Shown: one piece after another, positions 51,230 to 64,000 of the stretch
How positions within the stretch are numbered: the first letter of the stretch is position 1
Layout: every line of letters begins with the position of its first letter
DNA from: Batkoa obscura
Taxonomy: Eukaryota
NCBI GenBank assembly: GCA_030770535.1
Contig: JASVEC010000027.1
Location: 124,001 to 188,000, forward strand
Direction: 5' to 3'
Length of the DNA stretch: 64,000 nt
Notes under the pieces: generated by a model
The model's input: only the letters and a program-made list of their open reading frames with translations
Databases searched by the model: none
Told to the model about the DNA's origin: nothing
Program-made: the position numbers and the translations under genes

Positions 51230-51660
51230 TTCTTGAATACAGGCCCGTTTTCTCGATTCACGAATCTAAACTCTGGCCCAAAATTTATATTTCTATACTC
51301 CATCAAGTTATTGCTACAATATTCTTCAATATCTACAATCTGAACTGGTTTGATCCCTCGAATATTACAATGTCTATTACTACCTTGTTGATCTTAAAAG
51401 GTTCTTTATTTCTGACGTTAACGGCTGCTCTTTCCTCTACCATGTCTTCATAACATTCTATCCTATCACCACTCTAGCTCCATATTGTTTCAAGCCCTTT
51501 ACTTATGAGCTCTCTTACATAATGTTCAAGCTAAACCTACCTCATTTCAACAATGTGTGTAATATTATAGATGAATTAGTGAATGGAACTAGGATTTCCT
51601 ATATTTCATTAACAACCCTTCTTCCTGAGGATCTTTTCTTATTCTATTTCTTTGCTGGTT
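51230..51660 (-). mobile_element. Possible highly decayed LINE 3' fragment
   Basis: Purine-rich minus strand with stop-ridden translations (NEI*EILVP; DRIECYEDMVEE; IVAIT*WSI) loosely spaced like zf-RVT regions. Confidence 0.25.
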
Positions 51661-52037
51661 CGACTAACTTTAACTTAAAAATCTTAATAAAATCACAATA
51701 CTTAATGGCATTAAATTTAAGAAATTAATATAGGATAATGATAAACAGCTAACTGGGTTTAATTGTAAAATTCTTAAACATAAAAATACATCCCCATATG
51801 TTTATTAATATTAATTAAATAATTTCGCTTTTTAAATATCAACTTTAAAAACAACTACTAAAATTCTATATCATTTAAATCTCTCAATAATTTGGACACT
51901 TATTATTATGTATTTTATTATTATTTACAATCATTATTATAATTTTATAATTTTATGTTTAATTGAAAGTTTGTTACTAATATTAATTTTTAATTACAAT
52001 TAGAGTTACTTTACTATATCAACTCTAGTATTTAATA

Positions 52038-52375
52038 TATGGTGATGTTTTTTTTGGTTTCATTACTTTTTCCATTTTTTAAGCGCTATTTGAGTGGAAA
52101 GATTGTTAGTAAAATTCTCAAACAAAGAAATACTTCCCCATATGGGGGTGTTTTTTTTGGTTTCATTACTTTTCCATTTTTTAAGCGCTATTTAAGTGGA
52201 AAAACTGCTAGTAAAATTCTTAAACAAAAAAATACATCCCCATATACGCTATATTTGTAACTTATTTAATTACATATGGGTATTTCTTTGGTTTCATTGT
52301 TTTTTCCATTTTTAAGCGATATTTCAGTGGAAAGACTGTCAGTAAGATTCTTAAACAAAAAAATACGTCCCCATA
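52038..52375. mobile_element. Three same-orientation MITE family 1 copies (52038-52142, 52141-52244, 52275-52375)
   Basis: The first two abut as CCCCA-TA-TGGGG sharing one TA; a partial copy lies at ~51765-51798 and a diverged relative at ~52587-52670. Confidence 0.9.
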
Positions 52376-53927
52376 TTTTAATTTTTTCTTAAACTTTGAA
52401 AAGGTATATTGATTGTTTAAAAAAATTAAAATACATATTCATAAGTAAAATTTTATTTTATATTATTATAAAATAAATTTTATGATAAAAAATGAAAAAG
52501 TAGAAAATGAAAGAACAGAGTCAATAATGATATAGAATAATTTAATATATTTTAGATTTAGGTATATTAAAGGACAAAAAAAACATCAGGGCGTTTTTTT
52601 GTATAAGAATTTTATACAAACTTGTTCAATTTCATATTGGATGCAAAATGGATAAAAAAACATTCCCATATAACTTTTAAAAGTCGTATTTTATGTTTAA
52701 ATTTAGTTAAAAATCCACGTTTCTAATTTAATGCCACTTAGTTGCTTTAGATTAAAAACATATTCTCCAACATACGGCTTCACTTACATATTACGTTTTA
52801 TCCTTTTATTTTGGGTTATAAACTAGTATAATAAACTTTTATCTCTAAAAATGTTTATATTGAATTTTATTCAAAACAAAGCCTAGTTAAAATTAAATGC
52901 GCAAAAAGATTTGCAATAAAATATGCGCAGATATAACACCCATTAATTGATTTGCTACTAGATTACTTTTAAACAGCTGATTGGATTACTAAGTTACTAC
53001 TCATTAAGAAGTAAAAGAAATAAAAAACATTGAAGAACTATTTTAAGAACAAAATTATATTTAGCTTTTGATTATTAGCTAAAGTAAATAAAACTCGCTC
53101 TTTCAGCTATTTATAGCTCCCCTTAATCTGTTACTCCCAACTTTATTAACAAATGTCTTGAACTTTTAAATAATATAATGTTGAATAAAAATAAATCAAT
53201 TTTTGATTGATAAAATAACAACTATTAGTTGATCATATTTTTGCTTATCTAAAGCTATTTAGATTACAAGGCGTTAATAAGCCTAAAAAATTGCATAAAA
53301 GATAAGAGGTTTTTGTTAAATAAACTCAGACTAATTTAAATTAGGGTGGTCCATTTCCAGCCAATAAATTTATCTTATGAAATAAGTATTACTCGTTTAA
53401 AGAACAATTATTAACTTTACACATTAAAAATATATTAGTAGTTTATACACTTGTTTAAACAAAACTATATTATAATATATTTAAAATGTGTTTAGTATTA
53501 TCTGCTATTATATTATTGATAATTACATAGGATGATCAAATTTCAAATGAAAACATACAGAATTGAAAATACTAAGATTTACAAGCTTTTTGTTTAATAA
53601 TTATTGGCTTTGATGCCTTAAAATTATTCTTGGTTGCTGGAATTTGGAATTCTAAAAATAGAGGCGAGAATAATTAGGTCAAGGAAGGTAGGACCAATGA
53701 TTTCACTACTAAGAACCATCAAACTATAAATACATTTTTTGTTTGTTCTACCTTTCTTTCTTAGTTGAGATTAAAGTATACTCGAGTTAAAGCTACAGGA
53801 TATACTCATTGAAACAAGGAAATTTAAATATTAGTAATAGGTAATTTATATAAACATATTCCAAATAAATGTATTTATCTATATCTATTAGATAAAAATT
53901 ATACTATTCAACTTAATTAAAAATAAA

Positions 53928-54929
53928 ATGATAAATGCAAATGGATTAAGATCCCCAAAAGCAATAATCGTCATTGTTATTGCAACCGTTTTATTGGTAA
54001 CTTTGGTTCTTTCTGGTGGACAAGTAAGATGTCCAGCTCATGAACAGGGAGATAGTGTGGTACAAAATCCCGTAAGGAATTCTTTAAACGAAGAAAATTT
54101 GGAAGTAAGCCCAGAAAATCCTAAAGTTGGAGCTAGCTCTGAATCAAATGTAGAGGCCCCTGGGGTTGAAATTACAAAAAGTGGTGAATTGATTATACCA
54201 AAAAAAATTTACATGACCTCCAAGAGCAAAGATAGTGTGAAGAAGGAAATCAAAAAGTCCTGGATGACAGCTAATCCTTTTTATGAGTATAACATTTATG
54301 ATGATAATGAAATTGATAATATTGTTCGTGAAAATATGCCTAATGATGTTTATGAAGCCTTCAAAGCTCTCCCAATGCCAGTACTTAAAGCCGATTATTT
54401 TAGATACATTGTTTTATACCTTTATGGTGGTGTTTATAGCGACACTGATACCAAATGTGTTAGACCAATTGATACATGGAATGATAAACGACCAGGTGTA
54501 GAAATGATTATTGGTATGGAATTTTACAATGGTGACCTTAACTTTAGATGTAGAAACCCCAATGAGTTTGCTAGAGGTATACAATTTATTCAATGGACTA
54601 TTGCCGCAACACCAAAACACCCAATATTATTGGATGTTATTAACCGTATTAGAGATATTACTCCAATAATGCTTAAAAAAGAAAAGAGAACTGACTGTGA
54701 TGTATTAGACTGGACAGGTCCAGGTATTTGGTCTGATACAGTATATTCTTACCTTAGCATATCGGATGTTAAAAAATTTGATATCCAAAAACCATTTTTA
54801 CACAAAGGTGTTTATATTTTACCAAAGAGAGGGTTTGAAGCTGTTGATGAGTACAACTATGAGTCTAAGGTACAACATCTTTTCTGGGGAAGTTGGAAAA
54901 ACACGATCGCCAAACTAAACAGGGCTTAA
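53928..54929 (+). CDS. GT32 Och1/Hoc1-like alpha-1,6-mannosyltransferase
   Basis: Type II TM, IPKKIYMT, LKADYFRY..LYLYGGVYSDTD, QFIQWT, DWTGPGIWSD, HLFWGSWK. Confidence 0.92.
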   Translation: MINANGLRSPKAIIVIVIATVLLVTLVLSGGQVRCPAHEQGDSVVQNPVRNSLNEENLEVSPENPKVGASSESNVEAPGVEITKSGELIIPKKIYMTSKSKDSVKKEIKKSWMTANPFYEYNIYDDNEIDNIVRENMPNDVYEAFKALPMPVLKADYFRYIVLYLYGGVYSDTDTKCVRPIDTWNDKRPGVEMIIGMEFYNGDLNFRCRNPNEFARGIQFIQWTIAATPKHPILLDVINRIRDITPIMLKKEKRTDCDVLDWTGPGIWSDTVYSYLSISDVKKFDIQKPFLHKGVYILPKRGFEAVDEYNYESKVQHLFWGSWKNTIAKLNRA

Positions 54930-55329
54930 ACTGATTAAACATTAGCACTACTCTCATTATTAGGTAAACTTGTTTGTTATATCACTCTTTTAAATACATT
55001 ATTTCTTTATCTTTATCATTTACACCACTCGATTGGATGTTTTTTTTTTGGAATTAAGGAACTAATGGTTTCATAAGCTCATAATAATATTAAACAAATT
55101 ATTAAATAATATTTCAATTTACTTTAATATTTATACATAGTTATATTTTGAGCTTTTAATGAGTTGCTTCCTGAATCTTTATTTTAAATTATTCGTTATG
55201 CTAACAACTTATTTATCTTACGATAGCTTCATAATTTTAAGATTGTGCTTTATTTTAACTAATCTTTAGATCATAAACAAGAATACCAGTTTGAAGGTTT
55301 TAATCAAGAGTCTTTTTTTGTAAAGAGTC

Positions 55330-55582
55330 TACAGGTTAGTTTAAAAGCTTGGTTTAAACTTTGTCCAATTTCGATTTTTAGTAAAAATTGCAAATTAAGC
55401 ACCAAGTGCTACAAAAATAGCTGCTTTTTTGCTCTTTTAAGATTAATTGTATAGGAGTGTTTTTTTGTTCAGTATCTATTTGATCTTTTTTTTCCAGATT
55501 TTATGCTACAGAAAATCGTTTAAAAAAGTGAAATTGGAAAATTTTATTCTTGATTTTAACTAAGCTTCTAAACTTACATATA
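55330..55582. mobile_element. MITE family 2 copy
   Basis: ta-caggttagtttaaaagcttggt ... ctaagcttctaaacttacatata. Confidence 0.82.
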
Positions 55583-56284
55583 TAAAGCCTTTAAATACAG
55601 TAATGCCTACCATAAAACTATAAACATAAATGTCTTATTTAATTGATGAGCTTTATTTCTTATATTTATTTCTTATTTTTAGTTTATTTAATAATATAAC
55701 TATATAATATATTTTTTAGGATCCACTATGAGCAAACTGGGAGCTTCATGGTCCTAATAGTTCACAACGATAGCACCTTTACAAGGCTTTGGAATCTGAA
55801 AAAAAAAGTGGTAGTTTAATCATAATTTGCTATCTTTTTTATTTATCGTATAATTTATTTAAATTATATGATATTCTTTCTTTATCTTTTAATTATAATC
55901 TAAAAAATTTAATTTTAACATGAAACTTTTTATATACTAGTTAATGTTCAAAAAGATTATATAAACGTGTGATATTTTAAATGAATTTTTAGACAATTTA
56001 AGATGCAAAAAGGATAGTGAGAATTATAAACAATATACAGTAAATTTATTATTCTAACAATCAAGCTTTCTAGTTATAGGATTAGAATTCATCATTTCTA
56101 ATTTTAAAATTTAAAAACTAAATTTATTCCTTAAACTAAACTAAAACAAAAAGTAATAATAAATTTGTACAAATCAAAAAATAAATTAACACAAAAAACA
56201 AATTGTTATAAAACAACTTGACAAAAAAACTAACTACAAAGATTAGATTAATTACAAATGACTAAAGCGATATTTGATATCAGG

Positions 56285-57265
56285 TTAATATAGTATTTGA
56301 TTTAGCCCAGTTTATTGATTTTATTTTTCCAGCTGCCCAAAAATAAATGTTTGACTTTAGCTTCACCATTATAACCTTTATCTTCTTTAAATCCAATGGT
56401 TGGTAAAATATATATCTTGATGAAAAAATAGTCCTTGTATATCAAACTTTTTAACATCCGTTATATTAAGGCAGTTAGGGACAGCGTTCGACCAAATACC
56501 TGGACCTGTCCAATCTAATACATCACAACCATCTCGATACCTTTTCAGATTCATTGTTGGAGTAATATCTTTGATTTGATTAATGACATTCCATAGAACT
56601 GGATGTCCTTTAATAGATGAAAATGCCAATTGAATAAATTGGATTCCTCTCGTATAGTCATCAGGTTTCCGGTATCTCAAGCCAAGATCTACATTATATG
56701 CCTCAATTGAAATAATCATATTTACGCCTGATACTCTATCATTCCGTGTATCAATTGGTGTAATGGACAATGTGTCAGTATCAGTATAAATGCCACCATA
56801 TAACTATAACACGATATATCTAAAGTAATCAGCTTTAAGTACAGGCATAGGAAGAGATCTAAAAGCTTCATAAATATCCTTAGGCATGTTTGTATAGATA
56901 ATATTATCTATTTCACCATCACCATATATCTTTATTCTATAAAAAGGGTTACATGTCCTCCAAGAGATTAAAATATCACTTTAATATCATTTAAACCTCT
57001 AGTAGTCATATATGTTGACTTTGGCATTTTTATACCTCGATCTATCAATTTCTTTTTTGATTCAGTATTTGATTTTTCTACTTTTTCTACTTCAATCTGT
57101 GCTTCTCTTTTATATATTTGGTTACCCTGACGTAACTCCTTACTTTCCATCAGTTGATCTTTTAATGTTTGCTTCATTCGATCTTCTGAAATTATTGATC
57201 CAATTAGCAATATCACAATTATTACTAACATGACCATTGTAGTATATGATCTAAATCCATTAACT
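56285..57265 (-). pseudogene. Disabled GT32 Och1-like paralogue
   Basis: Homologous throughout to 53928-54929, with a frameshift near 56970, in-frame TAG at 56804-56806 (FRYIVL*LYGG) and a frameshift near 56405. Confidence 0.88.
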
Positions 57266-57976
57266 AAGTAAATTATACTTATTTGTTAACTATTCTAAAG
57301 TAATTTAAAATTTAATAGTTAATATATTTTTAATAAAAAATATAATATAGGGTTTACTACTAGGGGATTTCAATAAAGGATACTTCAGTAGTAGTAGCAT
57401 GAGAATACATTTTTGTATTGCTCCTATCCTAAATTTAGATTCGTCTATTCATTAACTTGATGTAGATTATGTTACTCAACTGAAATGAGTACAGTGTCAA
57501 GGATTTGAAATGTTTTTATAAACACGGTGACTTTTAGTAAAGGGAAACACAAGCTTCATAATCCCAAGAATGCTATTTCTTTACAACAATTATATTAAGA
57601 ATTATTACTTTAGACTTTCTTTTTTTTCACCAAACCTTAACCCTATATTTTATATAACTTATCAATACTGAAAAGTTTATTGAATAAAGTGAACTAAACT
57701 AAAGCTAAAATTAAGTTCAAAGGTTTACAACACTTTATTTCTTGTTCTAATTAACTTTATCATTATTATTATTAAAGCATATGAGCGCGTTAATACTTTT
57801 GAGATTTTTATTATTATAAAAAGTGAATTATCCCAGTTATCAATAAACAGTATAACTATCTATACCAAAATGTTTGTTATCACCTATGCATCAGACATAT
57901 TAAACTTTATTATGGTTTATAAAAAAAATTAAATAACCAGTTCACAAAATCAATAAAATGAAGGAGGGTTTTGATA

Positions 57977-58080
57977 TACTGGGATGTATTTTTTTGTTTA
58001 AGAATTTTACTAATAATTATTCTATTCAAATAGCACTTGAAAAATGAAAAAAACAATGAAATAAAAAAAAATACTGTTAT
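57977..58080. mobile_element. MITE family 1 copy
   Basis: tgggatgtattttttgtttaagaattttactaat...caaatagcacttgaaaaatg. Confidence 0.8.
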
Positions 58081-58428
58081 ACTTTTTTAATTTAAATGCC
58101 AAATTTATTACTGTTATTTTTATGATTAATTTTTACAAAGATAATATCGGATATCTTAATTGAAATATATATATTAAATTATTTTTTAATATTGTACTTT
58201 TTAATGAAATTGTTAAGTTTTATAATATTTTATATAAATTTTATAATAATATTTTTTATAAATTTTATTCTATATAGTTTATAGCTTATTATATACTATT
58301 TTTGTTATATAAATTAAACTGGATTTAAAGTTTAAATTGATATAATAATAAAATATTTTTAATGTTTTAAATAAAAAAAATTAATATGATAATTTTTATA
58401 TTATTTATTTAAAGAAGTTAAGGATTTA

Positions 58429-58532
58429 TTTGGGAATGTATTTTTATGTTTAAGAATTTCACTACCAATTTTTCCACTTAAACAGCGCTTAAAAAATGGA
58501 ACAAGTAATGAAACCAAAAAAAATATTCTCAT
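58429..58532. mobile_element. MITE family 1 copy
   Basis: tgggaatgtatttttatgtttaagaa...cagcgcttaaaaaatgga...atattctca. Confidence 0.82.
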
Positions 58533-59003
58533 TTTGTGATTTGTGTAATAAAAAAAAGCACCTAGTTTTATGAAATAAAAATATTAATATTAATACTAAT
58601 AGTTTATTTTTTATTGATAAAAAACTTAATAAATAGTAATATATAGTTGCTGCAACTTTTTTGTAACTTAATTTACAATGATTTTTAAAGCTAATATTTG
58701 TTTGATTAGTTTTTTAATTTTTAATTATAATATGAGTTTTAGTTAAATTTTATTCATTAATGAATAATCATTTGAATTACAATAGAGTTGCAATAACTGT
58801 AAAAACTTGGGTTCACTGGTTAATAAAAAAAGAATTTAAGGCTTATCTTTAATTGGCTTGTTCTAATAATAAAACTTTAATAATGTTCTTCAAATATTCG
58901 AGTTAGTAGATTTTCTTGTAATCAAAAATTAATATTTAATGATTTATTTTTTTAACTAAATAGCTTTATTAGCCCATTTCAAAAGTTTATAATAGACAAT
59001 AAC

Positions 59004-59957
59004 ATGAGATATATAAAAAGGATATTAAATTCTAAAAATATTGAATTATTATTATTTGGTTTTTTATTATTTTTATTTTTATTAGAATTAGGAATTTATT
59101 TAGATATTCGTCCAGAACATATTGATAATTTAAGTAAGTTATTTTTTATTTTTTATTTAATATTTAATATATAACATTTAATAATAGAGAGAAGAATTTT
59201 AGGAACTAAAGAAATCCCAAAAGTTATATTTACAATTAAAAAACCAAGTACAATAATATCAAAAAAAGTGGAAAGTAGTTGGACTATTAAAAATCCAGAT
59301 TATAATTTCACGGTTTATGAAGATAATAAAGTTGATGATATAGTTAAACAACATATGTCTAAAGAAATTTATGAAGCATTTAATTCTTTGCCATTAAAAA
59401 TATTAAAAGCAGATTATTTTCGATATATTCAATTATATTTAAATGGTGGTATTTATACAGACTCAGATACAATATGTAAACAAAGTATTGATTTATGGAA
59501 AGATAATAATCAAGGAATTGAAATGATTATTGGGTTAGAAAATTATCGACCTAATAAATATTATAAATGTAATCAACAAGGTTTTGGTAGAGATGTACAG
59601 TTTATTCAATGGACTATAGCCAGTTGTAAAAAACATCCAATTTTATTATCAGTAATCAATAAGATTCAAAAAATGACACCAATTATGTTAAAAAAACAGA
59701 CATGGACTTATTGTGATATTATGAATTGGACTGGACCAGGTATTTGGTCAGATGCAGTATTAGAATATTTGAATGTAAGAGATAAAAGAGAATTAAATAT
59801 TTTAAGTCCTAGATTAATTAATGGCGTTTATGTTCTTCCTTTAACTGGGTTTTGTTCAGATTATAAAGGACATTATATTCATTATCCTGGTAAAGTTTTA
59901 CATTTATTTTCAGGTTCTTGGAAGAAGAAAAATAGCTTAATTTATACAAGAGAATAG
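59004..59957 (+). CDS. GT32 Och1/Hoc1-like mannosyltransferase, third paralogue
   Basis: Exon 1 59004-59133 (TM), intron 59134-59187, then EIPKVIF, LKADYFRY, YTDSD, QFIQWT, WTGPGIWSD, HLFSGSWK. Confidence 0.9.
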
Positions 59958-60199
59958 TTAATTTTTAAATTATAATAAAAAAGTATAATAATATTAATGA
60001 TGAGGGTAGGATGAATATTAATTAATAGTTAAATAATAAGGATTTAATAAATTAGAATAATTATTAATATCATATTATGTTAAAAGAAAAATAATAGTTT
60101 TAATTTTAGAATTCAATATTCAATCGATAGATTTTATTTATTAATATTGTCTTTGGGAAGGTTAAATATAAAGTTACAAATAGTTAATAAAAAGAAATT

Positions 60200-60310
60200 A
60201 TTTTATTTTTATTTTTATTTTTATTTTTATTTTTATTTTTATTTTTATTTTTATTTTTATTTTTATTTTTATTTTTATTTTTATTTTTATTTTTATTTTT
60301 ATTTTTATTT
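60200..60310. repeat. (TTTTTA)n microsatellite
   Basis: Uninterrupted hexamer array of ~110 bp; similar arrays occur in TOK introns (e.g. 27262-27360). Confidence 0.95.
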
Positions 60311-60517
60311 TGTTAAACTAAAAATTATATAGTATAAAGAGTATTATTGATTAATATTTTAATAGATATTATTAATTTATAAAATAAATAATAAAATTTT
60401 AATAACAAAATTAAAATCGAACTTTCAAACTTTTCCAATTAATTTCCTAATCAAAATTATTAAAAAAAAAACAAATCATTTGAATTCTATTTCTTCATTT
60501 CTTGTATCAATTTAATT

Positions 60518-60876
60518 ATGAAATTTCAATTTCAAAAACAATATCTTTATTATTTATTAGATTGGTTTTTATGTAGTTTATTTATAATAATTGCTAAAAT
60601 CTTTGATATTCTTTATTCTCCTAATTTACAACAAGTATTTAATATTAATGATAATAATATAAGATATCCAATGACACAGCAAGAAACAGTTTCTAATTTA
60701 TGGTTATGGGTAAGTTAGTTAATAAATTAAAATATTTTTATTTATTTAATATAATATTTATTTATCTTTATTTTATTTAGTTAACTTCTTTATTATTTCC
60801 ATTATTAATAATAATAACTACTCGTTTAATTAAAAAAGATTGGAATTATATTCATTTAGGTTGTTTAGGTAAATAA

Positions 60877-60907
<31 letters not shown>

Positions 60908-61732
60908 TCTTATGATAAAAAATAATATAACTAAATGAATTATTAGGTTTATTTTTATCAATTTCCGTTAATTATTTGATTACACATGTAATTAAAGTAA
61001 GTTTATCTTCTTCCTTTTATCATCTACTGTTAATCTATTATAACTTTTTACTTTTCTATAGAATTTAGCCAGTCGATTAAGACCTGATTTTTTATCTCGA
61101 TGTGATCCTAATTTAGAATTAATTAAAGAACAAACTTTATTAACATTATATACAATATCAATATGTCAACAAAGTAATTTAAAATTATTAAGAGCGGGTA
61201 TGCAAAGTTTTTATTCAGGACATACATCAAGTAAGTTTTTATATTAATTTAATTATTTATTTTTGTTTTTATTCTTTTTTATTATTAGCTTCTTTTTCAG
61301 GTTTATTTTATTTATCCATTTATTTGTATAAATTATTATTTAATAATAATAATAATAATCAACAACAACAGACTTATAACAAAATTTATAAATTATATCC
61401 TTGTTTATTACCTATTTTAACAGCTAGTTTTATAATGATATCAAGAGTAACTGATTATCGTCATCATTTTACTGATGTTTTATTTGGTATGATTATGGGT
61501 AAGTTAAAGTAGAGATTATTATATTATTATATTATTATATTATTATTCTATTTATATTTTATATTTTTATTTATTTTATTTCTATTTATTAGGTATAATC
61601 TGTAGTGTATTTTCTTATCAATTTTATTTCCCATGGTATTCCAATCCATTAGTTTATTATAATACTAATAATAGTTTAAGTAATAGTGATCCAAGTTTAT
61701 TTCAAAATGAATTAGTACCATTACCAAATTAA
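60518..61732 (+). CDS. PAP2-family lipid phosphate phosphatase (DPP1/LPP1-like)
   Basis: Six exons; K|NLASRLRPDFLSRC (C1), SFYSGHTS (C2 variant), SRVTDYRHHFTDV (C3). Confidence 0.9.
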
Positions 61733-61856
61733 TTAAAAATAAATATCAAATATAATTAACATTATTTTATTTTTATTTTTTATTCTTTTATTCTTTTATT
61801 CTTTTATTTTTAATATTAAAATCTTTTATTTTATTTCTACTCTCTCTCTCTCTTTT

Positions 61857-62927
61857 TTAAAATAACCAATTTAATACTCTATCTTTTAAATTACTAAATG
61901 AATCTAATGCTGGTCGTGCATCAATATAAAATGAAGGCAATTCACTTCTATTATCCTTATTATTATTATCCTTATTATTGTTATTATTATTATTATTCTC
62001 TTGTTTTTTTCCACTATAAAAATCAATAACATAATGAACTTCTTTACCACATCTATTGACATACCAATCATGACGATCAAAAGGAAGACTATAACTAAAT
62101 AAAATAAATATTGTATATTTAATATAAATAATTAATATATATTATTAAAATATTCTTATTCTAATTGACTTACCCTAACCAACTCATAATTCTTGCTTTT
62201 GGACTAATTTTATTTGGATTACCTTCAAATCGATCTAATTTTGGTGTATCACAAACACTATTAAAAATTAAAAATTAAAAGTTCAATATTATTAAATTAA
62301 TTCAACATCTCTTTTTCTTCTTTCCTTCTTTTCATCATTTAATATCACCACTATTATTAATAAATAAATAATAATAAAAATACCTTACCTTTTATATTTT
62401 TTTTCATATTCCATCACTAACTTCCAAGCTCTTTCATTGATGAGGTTATGAATTGGAACAATTACTTTCATATCTTCTTCATTAGTCTTCCAAGACTTTC
62501 TTTTCATTGCATTATAAAACATTTGTTCACTTGGATAAACCCAATTACTTTCTCCTTCTTCAGTATCCGTTTTTGGGATACTACTGATTTCTCGTTCTTG
62601 TTTTAAATTAGAAGTAGAGGAATGATTCAGAGTAGATGAATAATACATATTATTTTTTGGATTCAATTCTTTTATATCTTTGGGTGAGGATGTTTCTCTT
62701 GTATTCTCTTCTTTTTTTAACATATTGACCCATTTTTTTGAACTTTCAGAAGTATGTTCTATTGGACATTTTTTTATTTCTTCTTCTTCTTTTACTTCTC
62801 CTTTATTACTACTTTTCTTCTTTGATTCTTCTATTTTCATTAATTCCATCCATTCTTGTTTACTTTGATCTGTATGATCAATTGGACATTTTGTAATATT
62901 TTCTGTAGTTGCTTTTTCGGTAGTCAT
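61857..62927 (-). CDS. Holocytochrome c/c1 synthase (cytochrome c heme lyase)
   Basis: Heme-regulatory [70 protein letters not shown]; 3 exons. Confidence 0.95.
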
Positions 62928-63202
62928 CTTTTTTATTTATTTAAAAAAATAAAAAAATCTTAATGATTTTGGATCGAATTTTTATTAATAAAATGCTTGG
63001 TTGAATTTAAGTTTATTTAATAAACATTAAAATGATTGAAAATTATTAATAATAAAAAGGTTAAAAACTTCATAAAAAATAACTAAATTATAATATTTCA
63101 AATAGATAATACAACAATTGAAAGAAATTTCATTTATTTTTTATTTAAAAAATAAGTATGGAATCATAAATCTTTTTTTCATTCATATTCATATTCATAT
63201 AT

Positions 63203-64000
63203 TTAAGCACTTTTCTCTTCTTCAGTTGAAGGTGGAACATAAGGTTCAGAGTGAGCAACCGAAATATTAAGAATTCGAGTATTAATTTCAACTTCTCCAA
63301 TCTCTCTAAGAACTCTTTGTTGTTCTTCATTAGACTTTAACTCAACAAATCCAAACCCTTTACTATGACCAGTGGCACTACGGCGTACAACATGAGCTGA
63401 AACGACATCAAAGGACTCAAATACCTGTCGAAGTCCTTCATCACTAAGTGAAAATGGAAGGTTAGCTACAAATAAGGTGGTTGGATTAGGTTCTCCAGCT
63501 GGTTTAGCTGATTTATGGGCACGACCACCACGGCCACGGCCTCTGAAACCACCTCTACCACGACGAGGTCCTTTACTGGAACCTTTACCTTTTTTATCGG
63601 TATCTTCACTCTTTTCTTCTTTAGTAGAACTGTTACTTTCTTCTTTGGCAAGAGTACCGTTACTAGTTTCTTTAGATTTATCTTCACCTTCTTTGGTTTC
63701 TTCTTCACTACCTTCTTTTTTACCCTTTGGTTTACGTGGTCCCTTGGCACGTGGTTTACGTGCCTTTGGACGACGACGTGGAGCTTTTGGACGAGCAATT
63801 TCTACTTTAATAGAATTGCCATTAAGGTCTTTACCGTTACCTTCTTTAGCAGCTTTTTCAGCTTGTTCTAAAGTTTCAAAAGAAATAAAAGCATAGTTGG
63901 ATCTCTTTTTTAAATAAAGAAGAGTTTGTACACTAAAATAAAGAATATAAATAAGCTTATTTAATAAAAGAAATAAAAGAATCCTTACATCTTTCCATAA
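63203..64000 (-). CDS. Tandem-RRM RNA-binding protein with Arg/Gly-rich linker (Sbp1/Tcg1-like), 5' partial
   Basis: NYAFISF (RNP1 of RRM1), RGGFRGRGRGG, TLFVANLPF (RNP2) and SKGFGFVE (RNP1) of RRM2; stop at 63203. Confidence 0.88.
   Translation of the reverse strand, partial: LWKDVRILLFLLLNKLIYILYFSVQTLLYLKKRSNYAFISFETLEQAEKAAKEGNGKDLNGNSIKVEIARPKAPRRRPKARKPRAKGPRKPKGKKEGSEEETKEGEDKSKETSNGTLAKEESNSSTKEEKSEDTDKKGKGSSKGPRRGRGGFRGRGRGGRAHKSAKPAGEPNPTTLFVANLPFSLSDEGLRQVFESFDVVSAHVVRRSATGHSKGFGFVELKSNEEQQRVLREIGEVEINTRILNISVAHSEPYVPPSTEEEKSA

Noticed and set aside
52038..52375. CRISPR-like direct-repeat array
   Set aside because: Units are ~105 bp, diverged, have TIRs, lack unique spacers and occur dispersed; eukaryotic context with no cas genes.
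60147..60332. (FY)n ORF
   Set aside because: Translation of a TTTTTA microsatellite.
63466..63896. Three overlapping ORFs in the track (110, 139, 118 aa)
   Set aside because: Wrong frame or antisense to the RRM gene, whose true frame lacks an in-window start codon.

Overview
Very AT-rich eukaryotic DNA with short (about 40-170 nt) GT-AG introns. Gene content (TOK-type K+ channels, GT15/GT32 mannosyltransferases, Fungal_trans protein, secreted trypsins) indicates a fungus; an early-diverging lineage such as Entomophthorales/Zoopagomycota is my inference, not something the sequence proves. I support about 25 protein-coding loci (two or three disabled), one tRNA-Arg(ACG), two MITE families (about 17 copies of ~105 bp; 3 copies of ~250 bp), a 1.6-kb TIR-bounded relic and a decayed LINE fragment. 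Highlights: (1) two tandem, very long modular metallothionein genes (265 aa/64 Cys and 179 aa/42 Cys); (2) a membrane-anchored periplasmic-binding-protein homologue resembling the algal cobalamin-acquisition protein CBA1; (3) three paralogue pairs (metallothionein, TOK channel, trypsin) with almost identical coding tracts inside clearly diverged flanks, suggesting recurrent gene conversion, which in the trypsins stops just before a divergent S1 specificity pocket. All family assignments come from motifs read by eye; no database search was run.
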